Positions 18,839 through 27,182 of a DNA stretch of 40,173 nucleotides are shown here, piece after piece. The stretch is from contig JAAZHP010000087.1 of NCBI GenBank assembly GCA_012510625.1, positions 1-40,173 on the forward strand, given 5' to 3'. A program made the position numbers and the translations under genes. Each line of letters starts with the position of its first letter. Position 1 is the first letter of the stretch. This DNA is from Bacillota bacterium (GTDB lineage Bacteria > Bacillota > Dethiobacteria > DTU022). Under the pieces are notes generated by a model, which was given only the letters and a program-made list of their open reading frames with translations, searched no databases and had not been told where the DNA came from.

Positions 18839-20872
18839 TTACCTCGATTCTCTGCGATATCTTTTCTGCCGGGAGGGCCGGGAATGCGGGACGGCGCCGC
18901 GCTCCAGTTCAAAAATAAGATCGCGCAGCTCGGCGGCTTTTTCAAAAGCCAGCTCCCTGGAGGCCTGCTGCATCTGCCGGCGCAGATCCTTGATCATCTC
19001 CCGCCGCTCTCCCGGGGAAAGTTTGCCGGGATCTTCAACCAGGTATTTTTCTTCCTCCTCGGCGGCAGCGGTGGCCGAGATAAGGCCGCGCACCGGTTTG
19101 ACTATGGTCCGCGGGATAATGCCGTGTTCCCGGTTATAGGCCAGCTGCTTCCGGCGGCGCCTTTCTGTCTCCTCAATGGCCCGCCGCATCGAAGGGGTAA
19201 CCGCCTCGGCATACATGATTACCCGGCCGGCGCTGTTCCGGGCAGTCCTCCCGATGGTCTGGATGAGCGAGCGATCGGAGCGGAGAAAACCTTCTTTATC
19301 GGCATCGAGAATGGCTACCAGGGAAACCTCGGGCAGGTCAAGCCCTTCCCGTAGAAGGTTGATTCCAATTAGAACGTCAAATTCGCCCAGGCGCAGCCCC
19401 CTGATGATGGACATGCGCTCCAGGGCATCGATATCCGAGTGCATGTAGCGCACCCGCAATCCCATCTCGCGGTAGTAATCGGTGAGATCTTCGGCCATCC
19501 GCTTGGTCATGGTCGTCACCAGGACCCTCTCCCCGGCTTCAGCGCGGGCCCTGATTTCGCCGTAGAGGTCATCCACCTGTCCCTCTGCAGGCCGCACCTC
19601 CACCAGCGGGTCCACCAGCCCTGTGGGGCGGATGATCTGCTCCACCACGCTGCCGCTCTGCTCCAGCTCCCAGGGGCCGGGGGTGGCCGAGACAAAGATG
19701 GCCTGGGGGATGAGGCTTTCAAATTCGTCAAAGCGCAGCGGGCGGTTGTCCAGGGCCGAGGGGAGACGAAAACCGTGTTCCACGAGGGTGCTCTTCCTGG
19801 ACAGGTCGCCGCGGTACATCCCGTTAATCTGGGGGATGGTAATATGAGACTCATCCACTACCAGCAGAAAATCGGGCGGGAAATAGTCCAGCAGAGTCCA
19901 GGGACGGCTGCCGGGAGGACGCCCGTCGAGATGGCGGGAGTAGTTCTCAATTCCTGAGCAGAAGCCGATTTCAAGAAGCATCTCCAGGTCAAAGCGGGTC
20001 CGCTGCTCGAGCCGCTGCGCCTCCAGTAGCTTCCCTGCCGCCCTGAATTCAGCCAGCCGCTGCTCCAGCTCCGCCTCTATGGAGACGATGGCCCGCTTAA
20101 GCTGCTCCGGTGCAGTGACGTAATGAGTTGCCGGAAAGATGGCTGCATGGCTGCGCTCGCCGAGAACTCGCCCGGTAAGGATGTCGATCTCGCAAAGCCG
20201 ATCAATCTCATCACCAAAAAATTCCACCCGCAGCGCCGCCTCGGTGAATGAGGCAGGAACTATTTCCAGCACGTCTCCGCGCACCCGGAATGTGCCGCGG
20301 CGCTGGTCGATGTCGTTTCTCTCGTAATGGATCTCCACCAGCGCGGCGATGACCTCGTCGCGGCCAATAACCATGCCCGGACGGAGCGACAGCACCTGCC
20401 GCCGGTATTCCTGCGGTGAACCGAGCCCGTAAATGCAGGAGACGCTGGCTACGACAATCACATCGCGGCGCTCCAGAAGGGCGCTGGTGGCCGAGTGGCG
20501 CAGTTTATCAATCTCGTCGTTAATGGAAGAATCTTTCTCAATATAGGTGTCGCTCTGCGGCAGGTAGGCCTCAGGCTGGTAGTAATCGTAATAACTGATA
20601 AAATATTCTACCGCATTGTCCGGAAAAAATTCTTTGAATTCACTGCACAGCTGGGCGGCCAGGATCTTGTTCGGCGCAACCACCAGGGTCGGGCGCTGGA
20701 TTTCGTTAATCACATTGGCTATGGTAAAAGTCTTTCCTGATCCCGTCACTCCCAGAAGGGTCTGATAGGGAACCTCTTCCCGCAGGCCCCGCAACAGGGC
20801 GGCGATAGCTTCCGGCTGGTCACCGGCCGGTTTAAAATCTGCTTTAAGCTTGAATTCTTCTGTTGAAAGCAT
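18839..20872 (-). CDS. uvrB: Excinuclease ABC subunit B
   Basis: Contains [12 protein letters not shown], helicase motifs and a C-terminal UVR domain ([12 protein letters not shown]). I moved the start to ATG 20872 ([10 protein letters not shown]...), which has AGGAGGGA 7 nt upstream. Confidence 0.94.
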   Translation of the reverse strand: MLSTEEFKLKADFKPAGDQPEAIAALLRGLREEVPYQTLLGVTGSGKTFTIANVINEIQRPTLVVAPNKILAAQLCSEFKEFFPDNAVEYFISYYDYYQPEAYLPQSDTYIEKDSSINDEIDKLRHSATSALLERRDVIVVASVSCIYGLGSPQEYRRQVLSLRPGMVIGRDEVIAALVEIHYERNDIDQRRGTFRVRGDVLEIVPASFTEAALRVEFFGDEIDRLCEIDILTGRVLGERSHAAIFPATHYVTAPEQLKRAIVSIEAELEQRLAEFRAAGKLLEAQRLEQRTRFDLEMLLEIGFCSGIENYSRHLDGRPPGSRPWTLLDYFPPDFLLVVDESHITIPQINGMYRGDLSRKSTLVEHGFRLPSALDNRPLRFDEFESLIPQAIFVSATPGPWELEQSGSVVEQIIRPTGLVDPLVEVRPAEGQVDDLYGEIRARAEAGERVLVTTMTKRMAEDLTDYYREMGLRVRYMHSDIDALERMSIIRGLRLGEFDVLIGINLLREGLDLPEVSLVAILDADKEGFLRSDRSLIQTIGRTARNSAGRVIMYAEAVTPSMRRAIEETERRRRKQLAYNREHGIIPRTIVKPVRGLISATAAAEEEEKYLVEDPGKLSPGERREMIKDLRRQMQQASRELAFEKAAELRDLIFELERGAVPHSRPSRQKRYRRESR

Positions 20873-20900
20873 GGCGCCATCCCTCCTGCCGGCATACTCC

Positions 20901-20929
20901 ATTATAGCACAGCAGGATCAGCTTGTTGA
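20901..20929 (-). promoter_or_regulatory. Promoter candidate for uvrB with an extended -10
   Basis: Minus strand has TCAACA (20929-20924), a 17-nt spacer, then TGcTATAAT (-10 at 20906-20901), about 28 nt upstream of the uvrB ATG. Confidence 0.5.
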
Positions 20930-20933
20930 GATA

Positions 20934-20983
20934 CTATGACGGATGCCAATATCTGCCATATAAGTCATATTGTACCGTCATAG
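20934..20983. other. Nested inverted repeat between the UPF0016 gene and the uvrB promoter
   Basis: The sequence is CTATGACGG-atgc-CAATAT-(14 nt)-ATATTG-ta-CCGTCATAG. It gives a 9-bp outer stem and a 6-bp inner stem with no U tract, and directly abuts the -35 candidate. Confidence 0.6.
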
Positions 20984-21008
20984 AAATTGTAGCCTCATTG
21001 GAGCCTCT

Positions 21009-21575
21009 TTATACCCGCCCCAGGGCCACAAGGAGCAGCATCACCAGGCCAATGCCGATGAATAGGAGGGCGGTGACAATTTTCAGCACTCTGGGAGCAA
21101 CACGGGAGAGAAAGCGTTTCCCTAAAAAAACAGCGAGGGCATGGTTTAAAAACATGGCCGCCATTGCTCCGGCGAAAACGGCAACCGGGCGGCCGAAATG
21201 GGCGCTTAAAAGCAGCGCCGCCATCTGGGTTTTATCGCCAAGCTCGGCCAGAAAAATCATTGCCGCCGTCTGGTAAAAGCCGGAACGGCCGGTAGAGAGG
21301 CCTCTTTCCGGCTCGCTGCGGAGCAGCGTCATTAAACCCATGATTATGAAGAAGAGGCCCGAAACCAGGGTAATTATCTCCGGGGGGATAGCCGCGGAAA
21401 TGACCCCGCCGGCTCCCACGGCCAGCCCCATGACCAGGGCCAAACCGGTCATGGCCCCGCCGAGAACCTGCAGTGGCGGGTAGCGGCCGGCCATGGAAAG
21501 AGAGACCAGCTGGGTTTTGTCACCAAACTCAGCCACAAATACGCTGATAAAGGCAGCCGAGGCGGCGGCGATCAA
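21009..21575 (-). CDS. UPF0016 / GDT1-TMEM165 family membrane protein (putative Mn2+/Ca2+ transporter)
   Basis: 188 aa with about 6 TM segments and the duplicated E-x-G-D-K-T signature (AEFGDKTQL and AELGDKTQM). Confidence 0.8.
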   Translation of the reverse strand: MIAAASAAFISVFVAEFGDKTQLVSLSMAGRYPPLQVLGGAMTGLALVMGLAVGAGGVISAAIPPEIITLVSGLFFIIMGLMTLLRSEPERGLSTGRSGFYQTAAMIFLAELGDKTQMAALLLSAHFGRPVAVFAGAMAAMFLNHALAVFLGKRFLSRVAPRVLKIVTALLFIGIGLVMLLLVALGRV

Positions 21576-21608
21576 GGCATACTCTCCTTTTTCTGTTGCC
21601 CATATGGA

Positions 21609-22997
21609 TCAAGAACTTTTGTGGCGGCTCCATAGCCGCTTTAACAAGCCGGACGCAGCCGCCGGCCTGGCCTGGGCATATACCGGTGTCTGCCGGGAGG
21701 GCGCCGGTATGAGGCCGAGGGCCGCTCCCCGGTGCCAGAGAGAGGCATAGGCGGCAGTTGCCGGAGGCCGTTCAGAGAAGGGATTGCGCCGGCCCTCCTT
21801 CTCTTGTGAAAAGTGTTTATTTAAGACGATAGAAAAATTCTCTCCTTTCCTGAGCCCCTCGATAAGAACTATGAAGTAGCTCTCTTCAAGCCGCCTCAGG
21901 AACTCCAGGTCACTGCGCACAGGGGCGCCGTTCACCCGGCGGATCAGGTCCCCGGCACGCAGCCCCGCCCGGGAAGCGGCGCTTTCCGGCAGGACCGCCA
22001 TGAGGAGAACGCCTTCATCCGTAGAGCGATAGCGGGCCTCACGCGAGTGTTCAAGTCGGTTTCCGTAATAAATGACCGCTTCATGACCCAGGGGGGCGAA
22101 AAGAACCCCCACCAGGGTAAGGGGGGGATAATACTCCGCTGCCAGGGCCGCTCCAATGAGAAGAACACTGAAAATGCTCAAAAAAAGGGCTGTACTGGCC
22201 GATTTCTGGCGGGGGGAGGAGGAGAGAGCCAGGTCGGAATAGCCCAGCGCGGCTATGGCGGGAAAAGTAAAATATTGCAGCGTCTGCCCCGGTTCCAGCT
22301 CCAGGGCCGGCTTGATCAGCGGCCACCATTCCGGCATGGATACGCCCCGGACCTCGGATTCCAGGACCGCGGTAGCAAGCAAGGCCGCCAGGGGAATGGG
22401 CCAGAACCGCTGCAGGCTGAAGGCGCCGACCACCTCGCCGCCCGGCTGTTTAAAGTAGAGCGGGCTGCTGCCCCGGTGTCCGCCGGAATAGATCAACAGC
22501 GCCTCCACCAGGTGGAGCAGGCCGACAAGGGCCAGCAGGGCGGGTATGTGGATATCCAGGAGCGGAGCCAGTATAGCATTTTCGGCAAGATGAGGGAAGT
22601 AAGGCCCGAGACTGCGCAGCGCCAGCGCTGCCAGAGCCACTATCCCGCCGGCATAGGAGAAACAGAGATAACGGGGATGGATCAATAACAACAGCAGCGC
22701 TACCGGCCAGATATAAAGCAGTCCAATCTGCGCCAGGGAAAGACCCAGCAGGATCATGATCAGGCTGGCCAGCAGCCCCCCTATGATTCCCCAAAGAGTG
22801 GAAAGGGCTACCTGCCGGCCCACCGGGTTAATTGTCCTGCCAAAAAGTTGCTGCTCCATAAGGGCTGAGCGCCTGTACTGCAGGTAAACAATCAAGATCA
22901 CCAGCCAAAACAGCGGGAGAGTTTGCATCAATGTAGCCAACAAGACCTTGACTATTTCGAGATAAGGAATTAATTTCTCAAGAAACAGGGAACTCAA
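21609..22997 (-). CDS. Polytopic membrane protein with a C-terminal PDZ domain (MinJ/YvjD-like)
   Basis: About 8 hydrophobic helices followed by a PDZ-like segment (LPESAASRAGLRAGDLIRRVNGAPV). Its position between ctp and uvrB matches B. subtilis minJ. The TTG start overlaps the ctpA stop (TTGA). An internal ATG start cannot be excluded. Confidence 0.6.
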   Translation of the reverse strand: MSSLFLEKLIPYLEIVKVLLATLMQTLPLFWLVILIVYLQYRRSALMEQQLFGRTINPVGRQVALSTLWGIIGGLLASLIMILLGLSLAQIGLLYIWPVALLLLLIHPRYLCFSYAGGIVALAALALRSLGPYFPHLAENAILAPLLDIHIPALLALVGLLHLVEALLIYSGGHRGSSPLYFKQPGGEVVGAFSLQRFWPIPLAALLATAVLESEVRGVSMPEWWPLIKPALELEPGQTLQYFTFPAIAALGYSDLALSSSPRQKSASTALFLSIFSVLLIGAALAAEYYPPLTLVGVLFAPLGHEAVIYYGNRLEHSREARYRSTDEGVLLMAVLPESAASRAGLRAGDLIRRVNGAPVRSDLEFLRRLEESYFIVLIEGLRKGENFSIVLNKHFSQEKEGRRNPFSERPPATAAYASLWHRGAALGLIPAPSRQTPVYAQARPAAASGLLKRLWSRHKSS

Positions 22998-24478
22998 TTG
23001 ACTTTCCTCCCCGGCTCAAGCTGCATCGATGGCTGTTCGATCAGCTCGACTGCCCGGCGCAGCTGCGGATCGCGCTCCCGGGAAAGCTTCTCAAAGACCT
23101 GTCTGAACTGCAGCCAGGTCAAATCGTCAAACACGCCGCTTGCTTCCAGTCCGGCTGCGGCTTGAAACTCGCTCAGCGCCGCGGCGGTGGCCTCATCAAA
23201 GTAACCTTCCTCCCCGGGTTTGTAACCAAGCTCCGCCAGCATTTCCTGAAGCATCTGCACGCCGGGTCCATAATCACCCTGGGCAAGGCGGAGGGGCAGA
23301 AAGTAGCGGTAATATTTCAGGAACAGTGGGGTTTCCACGGAAATATCAGGTTCCAGCCCGGTTCCATCAATATCCTTCTCTGCCGGGGTAAGGTAGCGGG
23401 CTACCGTCAGCAGGAGAGCGTTGCCTCCGGGAAGATTCTCCGGCTGCTGCACCGTGGCCTTGCCGTAGGTTTTTGCTCCAACCAGCAAAGCCGCCCCCCT
23501 GTCCTGCAGCGCTCCGGCCAGGATTTCAGCAGCGCTGGCTGTCTCTTCGTTAACCAGGACCACGATGGGGTAATTTTTTCCCGGCGCTGAAGAGTGGTAA
23601 ATTTCGCGAACTTCCCCGTCCCTTCCGACCAGGCGGGCGATCTCTCCTTCGGGGACAATCAGCCCGGCCACCTTGATGGCCTCGTCAACCAATCCGCCGG
23701 GATTGTCGCGCAGGTCGAGAATCAACCCCTTATGCAGGCCGGCATTCTCTAAAAGCCGCAGCTGCTCCGCAAAAGAAGCGCCGGTTTTTCTGTCAAAATT
23801 GCTGATACTGATGTACCCCAGTCCGGGCTTCTCCATTCGGGAGAAAACCGTGTCGATTATGATCTCATCACGCACCAGGGTCAGATGCTGCTCTTCTTTT
23901 CGGCCCGGCCGCCTGATCGACAGGGCTACGCTGCTGCCTTTCTCTCCGCGCAGGATCTCCGCGGCACGCGTCAGCCCTAGGCCGGAGAGCTCCTGTGTGC
24001 CCGCCCGGTATATCCGATCGCCGGGGGAGATCCCCGCAGCGGCGGCGGGGCTTCCGGGGATGGTTTCCATGACCACGATCTCCTCGTCAATCTCGACAAT
24101 GCGCACCCCAATACCGCAAAATGAACCTTCTTTCTGGATCAGAAAATTTGTCAGCTCCTGGGTATCGTAAAAGACTGTCCGGGGATCTCCAACAGCCTCT
24201 ACCGCCCCGCGCACGGCGCCGCGAACCAGCTCTGAAAGATCAAGCGGGTATAGATAGCTCTCACGGAGCCGTTCAATCACCTCTATAAATATCTCCCACT
24301 CCGACTCCAGGGATTCCGGCAGCGTAAGATCATATTCCCCGCCGGGGGGCGCGGATGAGCCCCCCTTGGACAGGCCAAAGCAGTATGCAGCCAGGTTGGT
24401 GCCAGCAAGGAATGCCAATAATAAGACAGTAATCCACCAAAAATGTTTTCTGCTTATCTCAAGTTTCGGTTTTGGCAT
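22994..24478 (-). CDS. ctpA: S41 carboxy-terminal processing peptidase with a C-terminal peptidoglycan-binding domain
   Basis: N-terminal TM segment, a PDZ domain (GIGVRIVEIDEEIVVMETIPGSPAAAAGISPGDRI), an S41 core (LDLRDNPGGL, VLVNEETASAAEILAGALQD) and a PG_binding_1-like tail (GPGVQMLQEMLAELGY...ALSEFQ). Confidence 0.88.
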   Translation of the reverse strand: MPKPKLEISRKHFWWITVLLLAFLAGTNLAAYCFGLSKGGSSAPPGGEYDLTLPESLESEWEIFIEVIERLRESYLYPLDLSELVRGAVRGAVEAVGDPRTVFYDTQELTNFLIQKEGSFCGIGVRIVEIDEEIVVMETIPGSPAAAAGISPGDRIYRAGTQELSGLGLTRAAEILRGEKGSSVALSIRRPGRKEEQHLTLVRDEIIIDTVFSRMEKPGLGYISISNFDRKTGASFAEQLRLLENAGLHKGLILDLRDNPGGLVDEAIKVAGLIVPEGEIARLVGRDGEVREIYHSSAPGKNYPIVVLVNEETASAAEILAGALQDRGAALLVGAKTYGKATVQQPENLPGGNALLLTVARYLTPAEKDIDGTGLEPDISVETPLFLKYYRYFLPLRLAQGDYGPGVQMLQEMLAELGYKPGEEGYFDEATAAALSEFQAAAGLEASGVFDDLTWLQFRQVFEKLSRERDPQLRRAVELIEQPSMQLEPGRKVN

Positions 24479-24630
24479 AGCTGCTTTGTGCCCTCCTCTC
24501 CCTGCGGGCTGTCAAAAATATTATAACCTTCACCCGCACAAAACACCAGTTAAAGAAATAGAAACAGTGCCGGGACACGCAGCGTACCGCGCCCCGCCAA
24601 AGTTGTGGGAGTGCTCATGGGCTGCCCAAA

Positions 24631-24667
24631 ATTAGAATCCGGAAGTCAGGGATCAGAAGTCAGACAG
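24631..24667 (+). repeat. ATTAGAA + GGAAGTCAG / AGAAGTCAG repeat units
   Basis: Plus strand reads ATTAGAATCCGGAAGTCAGGGATCAGAAGTCAGACAG. This is the same word family as 8239-8283 and related to the GAAGTGAG arrays at 8103-8170 and 14048-14078. Confidence 0.6.
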
Positions 24668-24907
24668 GAAAGCGCTAACCGAAAGCTGGCTGCAATAACC
24701 GGCTCGGGTTCGGGGTAGTCTTTAAATTCTCCCTTTTTTTAAGGGGAATTTTGCCTCCTTCACCTGCCAACCCTCGCAAGGTCAGGGATTTTTTTAAAAT
24801 CCCCCCCGCCCCCCTTTTCCAAAGGGGGGAGAATTCGAAAAGCAGTCCCCGGCAGTGCTGGCAATGTATGCGCGATAGTTGGCTCCAGCCCGGAAGCCGC
24901 CCTTTTT

Positions 24908-24934
24908 GAGATCCTTTGCAGCGCTTATGATGAC
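24908..24934 (+). repeat. Second copy of the 27-nt GAGATCC...ATGAC unit
   Basis: GAGATCCTTTGCAGCGCTTATGATGAC compared with GAGATCCTTCGCTTAGCTCAGGATGAC at 4387-4413 gives 21/27 identity in the same orientation. Confidence 0.65.
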
Positions 24935-24942
24935 ATAAACGC

Positions 24943-24966
24943 AGGGGCGGGGTTCCATCCCCGCCC
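24943..24966 (+). repeat. GC-rich hairpin repeat (AGGGGCGGGG-TTCCAT-CCCCGCCC)
   Basis: Perfect 8-bp stem with a 6-nt loop, 21/24 identical to the minus-strand element at 13999-14022. Two of the three differences are a compensatory G-C to C-G swap at the loop-closing pair. Confidence 0.75.
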
Positions 24967-25047
24967 GCGGCAAATGGCCCCGGAATAGTTGTAGTACAAC
25001 CCTTCCGGATCTGATTCCCTATACCCCCGCCCTACAACTCGTGAGGG

Positions 25048-26235
25048 TTAAAAATTGTAGTACTTGCGGGGATTTACGCGCACGTCGTATTCCCTTACTT
25101 CAAAATGAAGGTGAACGCCCGTGCTGTTGCCGGTAGTGCCGGCCGTCCCAATGTGCTGGCCGCGTAGCACCTTCTGCCCAACCCCTACTGAAATAGCACT
25201 GAGATGCGCGTAGAGACTGCTGAAGCCCTTCCCGTGGTCAATGATGATGCAATTGCCGTAGCCTCCATACCAGCGGGCCAGGACAACCGTCCCCGACTCC
25301 GCGGCAACCACGCTCCGGCTGCTTATGGGAACGAGATCTATGCCGCCGTGATAGTTGCTCCCGGTACCGCCGCAAACAGGGCAGCCGGACCACGGCTTCC
25401 CCTGGCATGTATGCATGGGGCATTTCCGCCATCCAAACTCGGAGCTGACCCAGTAAGTTCCTGCCAGGGGCGAGCGGAGATAATTAATGCCGGAGCCCCC
25501 GCTTTTCCCAATCAGCTCTAAAATCAGGCGGTCCAGCTGCTCCGCTTCCCGCTCCAGCTCTCGGATCGCTTTCTCCTTGCGGGCGATCTCCTGCTGCAGA
25601 TCCTCCAGCACTATTTTGCGAGAGGCAACCACCCTGCTGACCTCTTCTCGATTGGCCAGGATCCGGCGGCGCATCCCTTCAAGGCGGTTCTTTTTTTCCT
25701 CCAGATCCTGCTTCATGGCCTCTATCCGGTCGCGCTCGGCCCGGATATTCTCCACCAGGGCTTGGTCGTTAGTGGCGATAATCCGGAGATAGTTGAAACG
25801 GTTCAGGAAATCGCTGAATGAAGAGGCTCCCAGAAGAACATCCAGGTAAGAAACATGGCCCCGCTCGTATATGGCTCGCAGACGGCACTTAAAAAGATCT
25901 TCTTTACGGGCCAGCTCTTCTTCCGCAGCTTTCAGTTCAGCTTCAGCCTGGGCAATCTCCTCTTCAGTGACGGTGATATCCCGGTTGATCTTCTCCAGCT
26001 CCGCCTCCAGCTCCCGGATACGGCGGTCAAGCTCGTTCAGCTCCCTTTTTAATGCCTCCTCGTCCTTGCGCTGCTGCTTGAGGCTGCTCTTTTGCTGGCT
26101 AAGCTGCCTGTCGATTTCCTGCTTCTCCTTCTGCTTTTCATCAAGCGTAGAGGCGTAAACCGGCACCACAGCTTCAGCCAGAGTCAGCAGCACTAAAACT
26201 GCTGCCAGAACAACCAGTAGTTTATGATGCCGCAT
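25048..26235 (-). CDS. M23 (LytM-type) metalloendopeptidase with an N-terminal coiled coil (EnvC-like partner of FtsEX)
   Basis: Signal/TM segment (MRHHKLLVVLAAVLVLLTLA), about 200 aa of heptad-rich coiled coil, and a C-terminal HGGIDL...IIDHG...GNSTGVHLHFEV. I moved the start to ATG 26235 (GGGAGGGA upstream). The ORF-track start at 26418 lies inside ftsX. Confidence 0.88.
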   Translation of the reverse strand: MRHHKLLVVLAAVLVLLTLAEAVVPVYASTLDEKQKEKQEIDRQLSQQKSSLKQQRKDEEALKRELNELDRRIRELEAELEKINRDITVTEEEIAQAEAELKAAEEELARKEDLFKCRLRAIYERGHVSYLDVLLGASSFSDFLNRFNYLRIIATNDQALVENIRAERDRIEAMKQDLEEKKNRLEGMRRRILANREEVSRVVASRKIVLEDLQQEIARKEKAIRELEREAEQLDRLILELIGKSGGSGINYLRSPLAGTYWVSSEFGWRKCPMHTCQGKPWSGCPVCGGTGSNYHGGIDLVPISSRSVVAAESGTVVLARWYGGYGNCIIIDHGKGFSSLYAHLSAISVGVGQKVLRGQHIGTAGTTGNSTGVHLHFEVREYDVRVNPRKYYNF

Positions 26236-26273
26236 GCAAATCCCTCCCATGGCAGCATAAAGTGGCTCGGCCG

Positions 26274-27182
26274 CTAGACCCGTAAAAACCGGTCCATTGA
26301 AAAAGCGCTCCCCAAAATCCCCAGCCCCGTTCCCAGGGGAATGAGATATTTGCTCAGTTCTACCATGACCAGGGGGAGAGGGACCAGCGTGAGAAACATC
26401 AGGTTGGCCGAAACCCAATCCAGTGAAACCCGGTAGATATAGTAAAGCCCGGCCAAAGGCAGAATAGCCCCGAACAGCCCGATGAGCAGGCCTTCCAGGA
26501 CAAAGGGCCAGCGGATAAACCAGTTCGTCGCGCCCACATATTTCATGATCATGATTTCGCGGCGGCGGATAAATACGGTCATCCTGATCGTGTGAGCAAT
26601 TAGAAATACCGCCGTAACGGCCAAACCGATCATCAGCGCCAGCGCCACCAGCTGCACCGCCCGGGTGGCTTGAAAAAGCCCTTCTACAGTTGCCTTCCCG
26701 TAATCAACCTTGGCCACGGCCGGGTAGCGGGCCAGCTCTTCTGCCACCGCGCCAACCGCCTCCGGGTTATGTGTCCGCAGCTCAAAAGAATCGGGCAGGG
26801 GGTTCTCTTCACTGCCTTCATATCCTTCAACCAAGTCGCCAAGCTTCTCTTTCATCCGGCGCAGAGCTTCGTCCCTGGATACAAAGCGCACCTCGGCCAG
26901 GGCGCTATGAGCGACCAGCCTTTCTCGCAGTTCATTGCGCTCGGCCAAAGTGGCGGTATCTTCTATGTAAACGACGATCTCCACCTGGCTCTTCACACTT
27001 TCGGTGATATGGTTCAGGTTCAGATGCACCAGCATGAAGCCGCCCAGCATAAGCAGGGTCACTACGACCACGCCAATGGAGGCAATGGTCATCCACTTGT
27101 TCCGGTTAAGGCTCCGCAGGGCTTCGCCCCAGGCGTAGAAGAAACCGTTACAAGGCACCGGCGGAAACCCCCTTTGCCTCAT
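26274..27182 (-). CDS. ftsX: Cell division permease-like protein FtsX
   Basis: 302 aa with four TM helices and a large first extracellular loop. The EALRSLNRNKWMTIASI N-terminal motif is typical of FtsX. It overlaps ftsE by 35 nt. Confidence 0.9.
   Translation of the reverse strand: MRQRGFPPVPCNGFFYAWGEALRSLNRNKWMTIASIGVVVVTLLMLGGFMLVHLNLNHITESVKSQVEIVVYIEDTATLAERNELRERLVAHSALAEVRFVSRDEALRRMKEKLGDLVEGYEGSEENPLPDSFELRTHNPEAVGAVAEELARYPAVAKVDYGKATVEGLFQATRAVQLVALALMIGLAVTAVFLIAHTIRMTVFIRRREIMIMKYVGATNWFIRWPFVLEGLLIGLFGAILPLAGLYYIYRVSLDWVSANLMFLTLVPLPLVMVELSKYLIPLGTGLGILGSAFSMDRFLRV

Larger units (their letters stand above)
24479..25047. other. 569-nt gene-free, hairpin-dense spacer of unassigned function
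   Basis: No convincing ORF on either strand. Stem-loops occur at 24677-24710, 24725-24750, 24785-24803, 24809-24829, 24945-24966 and 24980-25008, and copies of three repeat families are present. See findings. Confidence 0.7.

Noticed and set aside
18835-18945. N-terminal extensions in the ORF track: uvrA to 18945, M23 peptidase to 26418, HAD to 14075, hpf to 35087, uvrB to 20902, uvrC to 15971, eno to 4359.
   Set aside because: The extensions overlap upstream genes or repeat DNA and lack family-typical sequence. Internal starts with good SD spacing reproduce the canonical N-termini.
20944-20959. Sigma-54 promoter-like word TGGCAGATATTGGCAT upstream of uvrB. A related case, TGGCAC-N5-TAACT at 38065-38080, was also considered.
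   Set aside because: At 20944-20959 the GG-to-GC spacing is one nucleotide short of the strict -24/-12 geometry. At 38065-38080 the -12 GC is missing. Neither meets the consensus well enough to call.
20873-21008. LexA/Cheo SOS box (GAAC-N4-GTTC) upstream of uvrB.
   Set aside because: No match in the region. Only an unrelated nested palindrome is present, which is reported as a finding.
24695-24900. Fragments resembling conserved cores of known RNAs. CCCGAACCCGAGCCGG on the minus strand (about 24699-24714) resembles the ydaO / c-di-AMP riboswitch or the RNase P P4 3' strand. UUCCGGGCUGGAGCC (about 24880-24894) resembles RNase P GAAAGUCCGGGCUCC.
   Set aside because: Only short partial matches exist. 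The near-invariant flanking nucleotides (GAGGAAAGUCC, and AGCUAACC in the right strand and order) and the remaining conserved helices are absent, and the spacing is wrong.
24638-25010. ATCCGGAAG (24638-24646) and CTTCCGGAT (25002-25010) as terminal inverted repeats of a MITE spanning the gap.
   Set aside because: A single 9-bp inverted match within about 570 nt of GC-biased sequence is expected roughly once by chance. No flanking target-site duplication is seen.
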